Shown: one piece after another, positions 31,417 to 41,757 of the stretch | Numbering within the stretch: position 1 is the first letter of the stretch | Layout of the letters: the number at the start of each line of letters is the position of its first letter | Assembly (NCBI GenBank): GCA_910585635.1 | Contig: CAJUFE010000014.1 | Coordinates: 3,675-67,674, forward strand | DNA: 64,000 nucleotides | Direction of reading: 5' to 3' | Origin: an uncultured Lachnospiraceae bacterium | GTDB taxonomy: Bacteria > Bacillota > Clostridia > Lachnospirales > Lachnospiraceae | Notes under the pieces: model-generated | What the model saw: the letters and a program-made list of their open reading frames with translations, nothing else | The model's database searches: none | Told to the model about the DNA's origin: nothing | Position numbers and translations under genes: made by a program

Positions 31417-34400
31417 TCAGTTTATCCAGGCCCCATCCCCGTCCACAGCATATCCATCCGGTGTCTGCTCATCACGATACATCGCACCGTAAGGCTTTCT
31501 CCCGCTCAAGGCGTCATATATCCATGTACCTGTCTCTGGATCAAATATCCAGGTCGGGGTAGTCACGATCTCATTGAAATAGTGCCATTTACTGTCCACC
31601 TGTCTCCATCCACTTACGATCTTTCCGCTCACTGGGTCGAGGTAATACGTATAACCATCTGCCGGATCGATATACCAGCCAGACCGCATCCCAGTATCAA
31701 CGGACATAGAATACCAGCTTCCTAACTGATAGTCGAACACCCAGCCGGATTTTAGGATGCCATCTGCTCCGAAGGCATACCAGGCTCCATTGATCCGCTC
31801 CCATAGTACCTGCTCTACAGAAGCACCGCTCTCCAACATCGTCATGTGACCAGCCGCCGCAGTGCCGTCCGCATAGATCAACCTCCAGCCCTTTTCATCC
31901 TGCTGCCAATTAGAATATCCGCTCCCCGCCCCCGTCATGATCCCCGTCAGGGAATTAACATAGCCCTTCTTAGGATCGATGGAGATGGTCCCTGTATTCG
32001 CGGTATCCCCGTGGTCTCTGTCGTGTCTGCGTCTTCCACCGCCACCGCTGGTGCCGCTTTGAGTTGTGGTCGTGATCTCGTAGTTTTGTGCCGCACGCTT
32101 TAAGGTGTTCGAATCCTTCGTACGGAACTCGATACCTAATGTATGCCTTCCAGGTGTATTGGACCTTCCAAATGTCTCACTTCTGATGGTGATCCTGGTA
32201 CTGCCGGACTCAGATGTATAATCCACACCCTCCTCCAGCTTTTCACCATCAAGGAATATGTAGACAAATTCACCATAAACGCCTTGGGAGACCATCGTCT
32301 GCTCATAGACCCCATATGCATACATATCCAGTACTCGCTGGGTCAGATCATAGCCTGTGTCTGTGGCAGCATCTACGTTTTCGTCGGTATTATCGATAAC
32401 TGTCAATGTAAAGGTCCTTTGACTGGGAGCAAAGTCTCTATAGCTATTTTCCATCTCCACAGTAAAGGTAAAATCTCCGGTCTCCTTTGGCACGCCATAT
32501 AACTCACCGTTTGGCCTGACCTCCATGCCTTGCGGTAACGTACCGTCGATCAGCTCATAGCTCACTTGATTCCAGTCATATTTATTGCTGTTCTGGATCA
32601 TGGTGCCATACGGGACATATTTGACCGCTTGTGGGATCTCCTTGGTCACGATGCCGGGGTCGCCTACTGTACCGGTCAGGGTCAGCACCATCAATGGTTT
32701 ATCCCCAGACTTGATCGTCAAGGTACCATGGATATCTCCGCCTTCCGATACCCCCTCCTTGGGCAGGATACGGAGCATGGCCTGGTTCCATAAACTGCTT
32801 TCGTTAAGATGGAAATCTTCCGGCTCTGTATCTACACCAGCCAGTATCTGTTCTCCGGTCAGGGTCCAGTAATCATCCAGCTGTACTTGATCGGATACCA
32901 GCTCCACAGAAAGGGCCGGGATCGCATCCTTTCCTACATTTAACACTACGATATCATGTTTGTAGTCGTAACGGCCGTCCAGGAACATCTCTCGAGTAGA
33001 GTAGATCACACCATCCTTTACGCTGGTGTGCGCGTTCTCTTCCTCGAGGCTGTTGATATAGAGCTGACCGCCTGCTGTATCCAATTTTATGATCCGCACC
33101 CAGTAGTTACCGCTGTGTGCTGTATCTGCTGCAGCCACAGAGTATTCGACAGGTTTTTGCGAAAAATCGTGATAATTTTTCCCGCTTATCTCTGGTGTTG
33201 AGCTTCCTTCTGTATATACGTTTGCCTCTGCGCTCACATAGAACAATGGCGCCAGATGCGTAAGGTCCACATCTTTCTCCACCAGTATAGTTATGTAACG
33301 GCTATTTGTATCATTATCCGGGATCTGATAGCAACCGATCGTATTGTTAGCAGCATCTAAAAAGCCTGTAAAATGCAAGACCGTCCCAGAGTTTTGAGGC
33401 TTTGGTGTTGTTCCCTCTACGGCTTTAGCCGTAAAATAGTAAACCTCTTCCCCAACGAAGATCGTGAAGGTAACCCCCCCGCTGTAATCTGCGGCATAGC
33501 CTTGGCCAAATAGCGCTTCCTTGATGTCACTCCCTCCAGCATTCACAGCTTCTTGGACTGATGCATATCTTCCCACATAAGCTGCAGTCACAGCTTCATT
33601 TTGACTAACATTCTGGTTTTCTCTAATATAATCTAGCTCAAGATAATATCGATTATTAGCGGCGTAGCCTTTGTACAAGGTAAATGTATCTATACTATCT
33701 TTCATATCATCGTCATAACGGTCCGAAGCAACAATACTGAAAGAAGAACTAAAAGAAGAGTTACCGGAAGAATAGCTTTCATGTGCATATAGCCAGCCCG
33801 AAATATAACTATCACTATTACCTCTTCCCAGACGCAGATATAACGGCAGACACCCTGTAGCATTTCCTGTTCGGTCAAAACTGACTAACGTAATCTTGTA
33901 CTCTCCATTTGCTGTGATCGGATAACCAGCATCCACCTGAGCCATATCGGCATTAAAAAGCTTTTCTGTGATATCAAACCCGACCATTGCCTCTTCTGCT
34001 GAGTTATAGCTTCCTTCATATGCACGTAAGCGGTCATACCCTGGAGCAGGAAATACGGAAGGATCGACAGCGAGATGGACATATGCTTGCTGGCCTCTTT
34101 CTAATTGGTTAGATGGTACATAAAACTGTAATCTTCTTTTGCCATCAGAGTGATTATCGTAATAATTACGATCATCATCCTCTCCGTCCTTCATCAGAGG
34201 AACATTTTTTCTGTTCCCACCACTATCCTGTGTGTAAATGGTAGTTTTTAGCCACTTTTCAGATCCTGTCACATCCAAACTCACATGATACCGGATATTA
34301 TCAGCGGCAAGTTGATCGGGATCTCCTACGATCATCGTCCAATTTCCATGTCCAGAGACGGTCCCATGGCTTAAGTCGATCTTATCGCCCGGAGAACTTA

Positions 34401-35619
34401 TCTTGTAATCATTATCACGCCAACTCCACATCACCTTATCGCCGCTCCCCAGCGCCTTATCTCCCATAAAGATCTTATCTAAGGAGACCATGGTCAGCTC
34501 TACCGGTGTATACATGGATAGATCGGCATTCAAGCTCCTACTTTTTAAAGGTAGCAGGGAAAGCGGTGTCACATCTCCATCTTCTTCATCTGTGAACTCT
34601 TTCTCATCAGGATAGACCACGACCTCCTCATCGCCGACCGCAAAGCTCATCTGGGTCACAACAGATCCGTCGAAGGACGCAGAAACATAAAAAATATGAC
34701 CACCGATCTCCACCTGATCGTCCGGCGTCATGAACCATTCTCTCGTCACCTTGTCCTGATAGGTAAACTGTACCTCATAGGGGAAGAAAGCGTTCATCTC
34801 CGGGATGTTGATCGTATAACTCCCGTCTTCGTCAAAAGGAGCATCTCCTAACGCATGGTCAAAGAAGTCTTCCACGCTGACAACACTGTATGTATGGGTC
34901 CCCAGATTGAACTTCACTTCCTCTTCTGGATCCGTCACCTTCTCCAGATCTTCTAACTCGTCCTCTTCTAGGTCTTCCTCTTCAATGTCATCATTTACCT
35001 TCGTTGTTTCCACTTTCTTATTCGTCGCATTGCTCGATGTTGCCTGAAGGAATTGATCGATCGATACAGCTCCAGACACTTCTTCGTTTACTTCATCCAG
35101 GATTTCTTCCTCTAAAGAAGGGTCTGTTTTCTCAGCAGGGGGATCCTCTCTATCGATCATGTTGTTTTCTTCATTTGAGCCAGGAGCTTTCTCGTCTGCG
35201 GGAATCCTGGTCTCCTCATCAGTAGTTTCTTCTTTATCAGTAGCCTCTTCCTTTTCTGTTGTCTCCTCTCCCTCTGCGGGCTTTGTCTCTTTTTCTGTCT
35301 CAGCTTCCTCTTCGGTTCCTTCTTTTTCTGGGGTTTTAGAAGGGTCTTTCTCATCTTCACTTAGTTCATCGCCGGTATCTGGTACCTCATCGCCAGTAAA
35401 CCCGCCCGCCCCTGATCCTTTCAGGACCTCATCACCGCTTGGATCCTCCTGCTCTTCTAGCAAGGCCCCATCTTCCTGGGGTTTTTGCACCACAGCCTTC
35501 TCAAAGCTACCCTCCATACGGATCTCTGCAGGCAGCAGCTCCTCGGCCATGACCGGCTGGCTTGGCAGCATGAGCAATATGGCCATTGTCATCGCCAGCC
35601 CTCGTTTGAACATCCTCAT
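31417..35619 (-). CDS. 1400 aa secreted surface protein: acidic linker, beta-rich/Ig-like domains, C-terminal cell-wall-binding repeats
   Basis: Signal peptide; GTLPQGM...GELYGVPKETG Ig motif; WERINGAWYAFGADG / GWRQVDSKWHYF repeats; TPDGYAVDGDGAW end. Confidence 0.8.
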   Translation of the reverse strand: MRMFKRGLAMTMAILLMLPSQPVMAEELLPAEIRMEGSFEKAVVQKPQEDGALLEEQEDPSGDEVLKGSGAGGFTGDEVPDTGDELSEDEKDPSKTPEKEGTEEEAETEKETKPAEGEETTEKEEATDKEETTDEETRIPADEKAPGSNEENNMIDREDPPAEKTDPSLEEEILDEVNEEVSGAVSIDQFLQATSSNATNKKVETTKVNDDIEEEDLEEDELEDLEKVTDPEEEVKFNLGTHTYSVVSVEDFFDHALGDAPFDEDGSYTINIPEMNAFFPYEVQFTYQDKVTREWFMTPDDQVEIGGHIFYVSASFDGSVVTQMSFAVGDEEVVVYPDEKEFTDEEDGDVTPLSLLPLKSRSLNADLSMYTPVELTMVSLDKIFMGDKALGSGDKVMWSWRDNDYKISSPGDKIDLSHGTVSGHGNWTMIVGDPDQLAADNIRYHVSLDVTGSEKWLKTTIYTQDSGGNRKNVPLMKDGEDDDRNYYDNHSDGKRRLQFYVPSNQLERGQQAYVHLAVDPSVFPAPGYDRLRAYEGSYNSAEEAMVGFDITEKLFNADMAQVDAGYPITANGEYKITLVSFDRTGNATGCLPLYLRLGRGNSDSYISGWLYAHESYSSGNSSFSSSFSIVASDRYDDDMKDSIDTFTLYKGYAANNRYYLELDYIRENQNVSQNEAVTAAYVGRYASVQEAVNAGGSDIKEALFGQGYAADYSGGVTFTIFVGEEVYYFTAKAVEGTTPKPQNSGTVLHFTGFLDAANNTIGCYQIPDNDTNSRYITILVEKDVDLTHLAPLFYVSAEANVYTEGSSTPEISGKNYHDFSQKPVEYSVAAADTAHSGNYWVRIIKLDTAGGQLYINSLEEENAHTSVKDGVIYSTREMFLDGRYDYKHDIVVLNVGKDAIPALSVELVSDQVQLDDYWTLTGEQILAGVDTEPEDFHLNESSLWNQAMLRILPKEGVSEGGDIHGTLTIKSGDKPLMVLTLTGTVGDPGIVTKEIPQAVKYVPYGTMIQNSNKYDWNQVSYELIDGTLPQGMEVRPNGELYGVPKETGDFTFTVEMENSYRDFAPSQRTFTLTVIDNTDENVDAATDTGYDLTQRVLDMYAYGVYEQTMVSQGVYGEFVYIFLDGEKLEEGVDYTSESGSTRITIRSETFGRSNTPGRHTLGIEFRTKDSNTLKRAAQNYEITTTTQSGTSGGGGRRRHDRDHGDTANTGTISIDPKKGYVNSLTGIMTGAGSGYSNWQQDEKGWRLIYADGTAAAGHMTMLESGASVEQVLWERINGAWYAFGADGILKSGWVFDYQLGSWYSMSVDTGMRSGWYIDPADGYTYYLDPVSGKIVSGWRQVDSKWHYFNEIVTTPTWIFDPETGTWIYDALSGRKPYGAMYRDEQTPDGYAVDGDGAWIN

Positions 35620-35641
35620 TTGTCATCTCTCCTTCCTTCAT

Positions 35642-38569
35642 CTATGATCCGACGTTTGGATCCCATACGCCATCATCATCCACATAGTATCGATCAGGAG
35701 TCCATTCCCTGTGGTACATGGCGCCGTATGGCTTATTGATGTTCATAGGATCATAAGCCCATGTCCCTGTGTCTTTATCAAACTTCCAGGTGGGGGGCGT
35801 TATGTCCGCTTTAAAGTAATACCATTTCCCATCGATCTGTCTCCATCCGGCACTGATCCGCCCTGTGGTCTGATCCAAATAATAATCATGATCGTCCTGT
35901 GGGTCATGATACCATCCCGTATGCATGCCATCCTCTGCCGATAAGCAATACCAGCCGCTCAACTGATGATCGAAGACCCAGCCTGACTTCAGATATCCAT
36001 CTGCGCCAAAGGCGTACCAAGCTCCCTCTACCATCTCCCAGAGGACTTGTTCCAGAGCATCCCCATCCGCCTGCTCGACCATATATCCACAGGCTTCCGT
36101 CCCATCGGCGTAGACCAGCCTCCAGCCTTTCTCATCCTTGACCCAATGGGAATAGCCGGCCCATTCCCTGGGGATAATCCCGGTGACGGTATGGACATAT
36201 CCTTTTTTGGGGTCGAAGATCACCATGATCACATTGGCAGGAGCACCATCGCTGCTGCTCCCACGATCCCTGTGTCCGCCACTGCCGCCGCCACTACTAC
36301 TATTGCCGCTGTTAGTCGCTTTGATCTCATAGTTTTGGATTGCACGTTTTAAGAGTCCTTTATCCCGGGTCCGGAACTCGATACTGATAGTATGGATTCC
36401 TATAGAAGCAAACCTTTGGAAGGTCTGCCTCATGATCGTGATCCGGGTACTTCCTTCTTCTGCTATATAATCAACATCCCGGACCAGCTCCACGCCATCG
36501 ATGAACACGGTCGTGAACTCATCAAAGCTGCCTCGCGAGACCACCGTCTGATCATAGGCCAGATCGATCATCATATCCTGCACGCGCTGGGTGATCTCGT
36601 ATCCGGCATCGGTATAGTCAGCCACGTTCCAGTCCGTATTGTCGATCGTTGTGATCGAAAACGTCTTCTCCCTGTCTGGGAACCGGGAGAAGCTGTTCTC
36701 CATGCGGACGGTAAAGGTCGATGTGCCCGTTCCCATGGGGACCCCGTACAATCTGCCACTATACGAATCCAAGTCTATTCCAGAAGGCAGCGCTCCATCC
36801 ACGAGCGAATAGGTCACGGTGTTCCAGCTATTGGTGCTGCTGTTCTCGATCAATGCCTCATATGGCGCATATCTGACACCCACGGGGAGCTCTGTGGTCG
36901 TGATGATCGGGTCTACCAGGGTATCCAGGGCGATGAAGGTGAAGTCATTATCTATGGCATACCGTTCTGCTGCGGAGCCGGATATCCCCATGATGATAAA
37001 TCCATCGTTTCGCTTTATGTCTAAGGTGTTATAATCAAAGTAATATCCAAAGGCTTGTGCTCCGATCGTCCTTACACTAGCTGGGATCACAATACTCATT
37101 AAATTAGCACACTGAAATGCAGACTGGTGAATTTCCAGGATCCCTTCAGATAAATCCACATTTTCTAGGTTATTGCAGTTCGCAAAAGCACCCTCTCTTA
37201 TGACCTTTACATTGCCAGGAATATCGATTTCTGTTAAGCTACTGCATTCAGCAAATGCACCATTTCCAATATTCGATACACCATTTTGAATCTTAATACT
37301 TTTTAAACTACTACATCCATAAAAGGCGCTAGATCCAATCTCATCTACATTTTCAGGTATCTCAATGCTAGTTAATCCTGTACACGCAGCGAACGCATAC
37401 GCTCCAATAGCCGTCACACTATCCGGGATAGCGATATCGGTCAAGCTTGAACATCCATCGAACGCATAAGTTCCAATAGTCGTTACACTGGCCGGGATAG
37501 TGATATCGGTTAAGTTCGAGCACGCCATAAACGCACTGCTCTCAATGATCGTCACACTGTCTGGAATTTCGATACTAGTCAAGTTTGTCCAAGCGAATGC
37601 ACTAGATCCAATAGTCGTCACACTGTCTGGGATTTCGATACTGGTCAAGCTTGAACAAAAACAAAATGCAGATGCACCAATGGTCGTAACACCCTCCGCG
37701 ATATCTATATCGGTCAAGTTTGAACACCCATAGAACGTTTCATTCTCAATAGTCGTTACACTGGCCGGGATATTGATACTGGTCAAACTTGGGCACTCAC
37801 GGAACGCACCAGGCCCGATAGTTGTTACACTATCTGGGATATTGACACTGGTCAAGTTTGGGCACCCATTAAACGCACCTGGGCCAATAATCGTCACACT
37901 ATCTGCGATACTTATATTTACCAGATCTGCGTCATTCAAAAAACCTTCAACGCTGGTAGCACCTTCCCCGATCACAACATTTTGGCTATCTTCCTCTTCA
38001 AGAGCCAAAGGCTGTACCGGCGGCGTAGCGGCTTTGAGATTCTTTTCTATGGCCCATTCTTGCTCAACCTCGATATCCGGCAGTTCATCTTCTACCGCAT
38101 CTTCCTCATCCCATTCGAGAGAAGGATCTTCCTCCGTATCCGTCTCCCCTTTGGATGCCGGAATTTCTGTCTCATAATGCTCTTTATCTCCATCATCATC
38201 TGGATCAACAGGCGTTTCTTTCACTTCTTCCGTACTCATGCCTCCTTCTGATTGGTCCTCTATCTCAGGATCTGCTTCTTTATCTCCAGTACTTTCTTCC
38301 GTTAACAATCCCTCTTTATCTAGGTCATATTCTTCATCCAGTTCTTCTTTTTTATCCAGTTCCTCCTCTCCATCCTGGATCTCTTTTTTATCTAGGCCCT
38401 CCTTCTCTCCACTGTCCGATATTTCTTCTGTATCTCCTGAAAGACGCTCCTCCTGCTGCTCAACGACTTCCTTGGCCTGCTCCTCTGCCGCGATAACTAC
38501 CCGATCCGGCAACAGGAACAGTACTGCCAGGGTCACTGCCAAGCCTCTCTTGATCCACATCCTCTTCAT
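35642..38569 (-). CDS. BspA-type leucine-rich-repeat surface protein with Ig domains and cell-wall-binding repeats
   Basis: Signal peptide; many AFxxCxxLTSIxIPDSVTTIG repeats; C-terminus paralogous to the 31417-35619 gene. Confidence 0.88.
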   Translation of the reverse strand: MKRMWIKRGLAVTLAVLFLLPDRVVIAAEEQAKEVVEQQEERLSGDTEEISDSGEKEGLDKKEIQDGEEELDKKEELDEEYDLDKEGLLTEESTGDKEADPEIEDQSEGGMSTEEVKETPVDPDDDGDKEHYETEIPASKGETDTEEDPSLEWDEEDAVEDELPDIEVEQEWAIEKNLKAATPPVQPLALEEEDSQNVVIGEGATSVEGFLNDADLVNISIADSVTIIGPGAFNGCPNLTSVNIPDSVTTIGPGAFRECPSLTSINIPASVTTIENETFYGCSNLTDIDIAEGVTTIGASAFCFCSSLTSIEIPDSVTTIGSSAFAWTNLTSIEIPDSVTIIESSAFMACSNLTDITIPASVTTIGTYAFDGCSSLTDIAIPDSVTAIGAYAFAACTGLTSIEIPENVDEIGSSAFYGCSSLKSIKIQNGVSNIGNGAFAECSSLTEIDIPGNVKVIREGAFANCNNLENVDLSEGILEIHQSAFQCANLMSIVIPASVRTIGAQAFGYYFDYNTLDIKRNDGFIIMGISGSAAERYAIDNDFTFIALDTLVDPIITTTELPVGVRYAPYEALIENSSTNSWNTVTYSLVDGALPSGIDLDSYSGRLYGVPMGTGTSTFTVRMENSFSRFPDREKTFSITTIDNTDWNVADYTDAGYEITQRVQDMMIDLAYDQTVVSRGSFDEFTTVFIDGVELVRDVDYIAEEGSTRITIMRQTFQRFASIGIHTISIEFRTRDKGLLKRAIQNYEIKATNSGNSSSGGGSGGHRDRGSSSDGAPANVIMVIFDPKKGYVHTVTGIIPREWAGYSHWVKDEKGWRLVYADGTEACGYMVEQADGDALEQVLWEMVEGAWYAFGADGYLKSGWVFDHQLSGWYCLSAEDGMHTGWYHDPQDDHDYYLDQTTGRISAGWRQIDGKWYYFKADITPPTWKFDKDTGTWAYDPMNINKPYGAMYHREWTPDRYYVDDDGVWDPNVGS
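37050..37960 (-). repeat. 69 bp (23 aa) BspA LRR tandem array
   Basis: About 13 units; some adjacent units nearly identical at DNA level (e.g. gtcacactgtctggRatttcgatact at 37551 and 37620). Confidence 0.85.
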
Positions 38570-38574
38570 GTCCG

Positions 38575-41490
38575 TCACTCACTCCCTTTTTCATTTTCCT
38601 GTAGATATCCTTCTCCCAGTGCGACCAACTCCTGGAGCGGATAGATCGGACTCTTCCGGATATCGCCGGTCCCATAGTCAAAGAACAGCATCCCATCCAT
38701 GTTGTCACAAAGCCCCGGCAGACGTGCTAATGTTTGAAGATCCCCATCCAACAGAAGGCCGTATCGCCCCCCGGAAGTACTGATATACTCTGTAAGGATA
38801 TAGTCTCCTACCTGCGTCACATACGTGAGATAGGAATCTTCTTCTAAAAGAGCCACTTGCCTGCCTGTTTTCAGGTCATATGCCTGTGGGGTCCCATGGA
38901 GGGGAGATTGGATCCTATATCGATCTGTATAAAACTCTTCATATAGATCGGTCGATGGCGGCTCGATCTTTTTTTCGGAGAGCAGGGATCCATCAGCCGC
39001 GCTATAGGAGCGGACTGTCCCATCATACCAAGTCACCTCTAGCCAAGATCCGTTCCCATCTCGTCGAAATTGCTGGTCATAGATATGACCCGGATCTGGC
39101 ATCTCCTCTTGGATCAACTCGCGGCCAGACCGATCGACCAGACAAAAGCCTTTATGGCTAAAAAGCATGAGGGTCTCTCCGTCCTGGCTGACGCGGGCTT
39201 CATCATGGGGATAACTGGGATCATAGGAGAAAAGTGATGGACTCTTCTGCTCTTCCATCTGCAGCACACGCACAGAAGGTTCATCACGATCGCCCAGGAC
39301 CGCATAGCCATCCCCCATAGCTACAAGATCCAAGGGTTCCTTCCCTTTTTCCGTAAATATCCGGGCAGCCCCTTTGTTGAAAAAGGAAAAGCTGGCATCT
39401 TCTCCTGCTGTCAGGATATGGTCTCTGCCTATGGAAAAGCTGATGATATCGGCATCGTCTGTATAAGCCAGCTCTTTTTCCTCCAAAGTATCCGGGTCGA
39501 AGCGGACCAGCACGCCCCCATTAGCTAGATAGATCCCCGTCTCATCTACGGTGAGCAAGGACCGTCCCCTTGTCTCAAAATCTCCCAGATAGACCGCTTC
39601 CTTGGTATCGACTAGGCCAAACAAGGCCCCTTCCGCCTTACCCGCGATAAAAGCAAAGTATTCCCCGAAAAAACCGCCCTGAAAGCCCATATAGTCCGAG
39701 CTGTCATAAATGATCAGGTCATCCTCCAGATGCTTTAAGTCAAAGACGGTCAATCCTCCTTGATCTAAGCTGACCGCCAGCATACTGCCATCCATATTTA
39801 ATGAGAAGATCGTATCCCCCGGATCTGCAAAAATATCATTTGCGGCCACTGGCATATGCCGTCCTCCAAAAGAACATCCCATCATGACCGTTCCATCCAA
39901 GACCCGATAGATCGTGGCATGGTCCGCATCGCGATCAACCGCCGCGACCGTCTCACGATCGCCAGAAAGCGCCAGGGTGGTCGCCTTATCTCCTGTCCAC
40001 AAGGTCTTCTGCTCAGCCAGATCGTATGCCGTCACACCTTGCTCCCCGGCATAGACGATATGGGTCTCATCGATAAAGAGCAGGTCCGACAATGCCGACT
40101 GCTCTAAAGGCAATGTGGCGACCCTATGGCCGTCCTTTATTTCATATATGGCTGCTTCATAGGCATAGGTCACGGCGAGATATGTACTATCCGGAGAGAT
40201 CATGACAGCAAAAGGCGCAGAGGGCAGCTCCAACGTATCCAGTGCCTTGAAACCGTCTGACAGGTCATAGACCCCCAGAGCATCTGTCAACGCCTTCTGC
40301 GCCTGTGCTGTGACCGGCGCATCCAGGAGCCCCTTTTCTTTCGGTATCGCCTGAAGGGCCAGCCTGACCGCTCCAGATACATTTCCCTCCGCAAGACTGT
40401 TGGCCGAATACTCCGCCAGCGCTAATGCCTCCTGAGTTCCCTCCATCTGCTTTAACCCTACAAAAGAGCATGTGCCTCCTGCTAAAAAGGTCGTTGATAA
40501 CAAAAAGGCCGCGATGATCATATGCTTCCTTCGCCGGAGCACCCGTCTGTCCCGTTTATGGAGCATCCGAAAGGCTTCCAGCATCTCACTGGCCGATGGA
40601 TAACGCATTTCCTTGGCTGGCTCCATCGCCCGTTGGATGATCTTTGATACATCCGGGCTGCAGATATCCGGGCCTAAGGGCTCTACTTCTAATGCATCCT
40701 GTGCCGGACATTTTCCAGATAATAAATGGTACAATGTGGCGCCAAGGCTATAGATATCCGAGCGGACATCCAGCATGATCGTATACGAGCTGCCGGTACT
40801 GCTCCCGGACGAAGCCTGCATATCTGCTGTTTCTGTCGTGGTATCGTCCGCCATCTCCATGGTCTCGGTATCATCGCTCTCCCGTTTGTGGAGGGAGGTC
40901 CTGGACATCTGCGCGGCGGCAGCGGCGGCACGCCTCCGGCTGCTGGCGTATTCCATCCCATAATGCTCCGGTGAAGCATAGCCTCTGCTGGCCCCTGCCT
41001 TGACCGCTCCGTCCTCGCCCAGGGCAAGGGCGATGTTATAGTCGATCAGACAGATATCTCCACTTGGACGGACCATGATGTTCGCCGGTTTGATATCTCC
41101 GTGGAGGATCCCGTAGGGCGGACGGCTGTGGAGATAGCACAACGCCTCAAGGATCTGACAGGCCCAGGCGATCACCTGGGGCTGCGAAGGGACCTCTCCC
41201 CTCTTTAAGAGCTTGTCCATGCTCTCTCCTTCGATCAGATCCATGACCGTATACACAACGCCATCTTCCTGCACAAAATCATATACCTGAGGGATATACA
41301 TATGGCTCAGGCCTTTGAGCATATCCACTTCCCTCCGCAGGATCTCCGGCTTTGTGCTCAGCTTACGTTTATCTGCCTTGAGGACGATCGGCTTTTCCAA
41401 TCGCAGATGGCGTCCCAGATATACGATCCCGCCACCGCCGGCTCCTATCTGTTCATTTATCTCATATATCCCTGCGATCACCTGGGGCAT
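38575..41490 (-). CDS. Hanks-type Ser/Thr protein kinase, single TM, extracellular beta-propeller
   Basis: GAGGGGIVY, VLK, HGDIKPAN, DYN, GYASPE, SDIYSLG; TM MIIAAFLLSTTFLAGG; WD40/PQQ-like repeats. Confidence 0.9.
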   Translation of the reverse strand: MPQVIAGIYEINEQIGAGGGGIVYLGRHLRLEKPIVLKADKRKLSTKPEILRREVDMLKGLSHMYIPQVYDFVQEDGVVYTVMDLIEGESMDKLLKRGEVPSQPQVIAWACQILEALCYLHSRPPYGILHGDIKPANIMVRPSGDICLIDYNIALALGEDGAVKAGASRGYASPEHYGMEYASSRRRAAAAAAQMSRTSLHKRESDDTETMEMADDTTTETADMQASSGSSTGSSYTIMLDVRSDIYSLGATLYHLLSGKCPAQDALEVEPLGPDICSPDVSKIIQRAMEPAKEMRYPSASEMLEAFRMLHKRDRRVLRRRKHMIIAAFLLSTTFLAGGTCSFVGLKQMEGTQEALALAEYSANSLAEGNVSGAVRLALQAIPKEKGLLDAPVTAQAQKALTDALGVYDLSDGFKALDTLELPSAPFAVMISPDSTYLAVTYAYEAAIYEIKDGHRVATLPLEQSALSDLLFIDETHIVYAGEQGVTAYDLAEQKTLWTGDKATTLALSGDRETVAAVDRDADHATIYRVLDGTVMMGCSFGGRHMPVAANDIFADPGDTIFSLNMDGSMLAVSLDQGGLTVFDLKHLEDDLIIYDSSDYMGFQGGFFGEYFAFIAGKAEGALFGLVDTKEAVYLGDFETRGRSLLTVDETGIYLANGGVLVRFDPDTLEEKELAYTDDADIISFSIGRDHILTAGEDASFSFFNKGAARIFTEKGKEPLDLVAMGDGYAVLGDRDEPSVRVLQMEEQKSPSLFSYDPSYPHDEARVSQDGETLMLFSHKGFCLVDRSGRELIQEEMPDPGHIYDQQFRRDGNGSWLEVTWYDGTVRSYSAADGSLLSEKKIEPPSTDLYEEFYTDRYRIQSPLHGTPQAYDLKTGRQVALLEEDSYLTYVTQVGDYILTEYISTSGGRYGLLLDGDLQTLARLPGLCDNMDGMLFFDYGTGDIRKSPIYPLQELVALGEGYLQENEKGSE

Positions 41491-41583
41491 GATCTCTCCT
41501 CCTCCTTACTGTAGGGCATATACCATGTCCTTTGGGCACGCTCCGCCCGGAATGTGCGTGATCCCTGCTGTCTTCTGTCTTGT

Positions 41584-41742
41584 TCATCCATAAGGCTTCC
41601 CATATTCCTGTTCCAGGATCTTTTTGAGCTTCCGGCCTGAAAGCACAAAAACGATCACGCATAGGATCGTCAGCAGCACAGCTCCTGCCATGATACCGAT
41701 CCCTCCCCAAAATAATAATGCACTCCCTGATAGATCTGGCAT
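41584..41742 (-). CDS. 52 aa single-TM protein, absent from the ORF track
   Basis: MPDLSGSALLFWGGIGIMAGAVLLTILCVIVFVLSGRKLKKILEQEYGKPYG; strong AAGGAGGAGGGG RBS; in the operon. Confidence 0.8.
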   Translation of the reverse strand: MPDLSGSALLFWGGIGIMAGAVLLTILCVIVFVLSGRKLKKILEQEYGKPYG

Positions 41743-41757
41743 CTCACCCCTCCTCCT

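Noticed and set aside
37050..37960. Regular 69 bp periodicity as a CRISPR or DGR-like array
   Set aside because: Fully explained by in-frame BspA LRR coding repeats; no reverse transcriptase or template/variable repeat pair seen.
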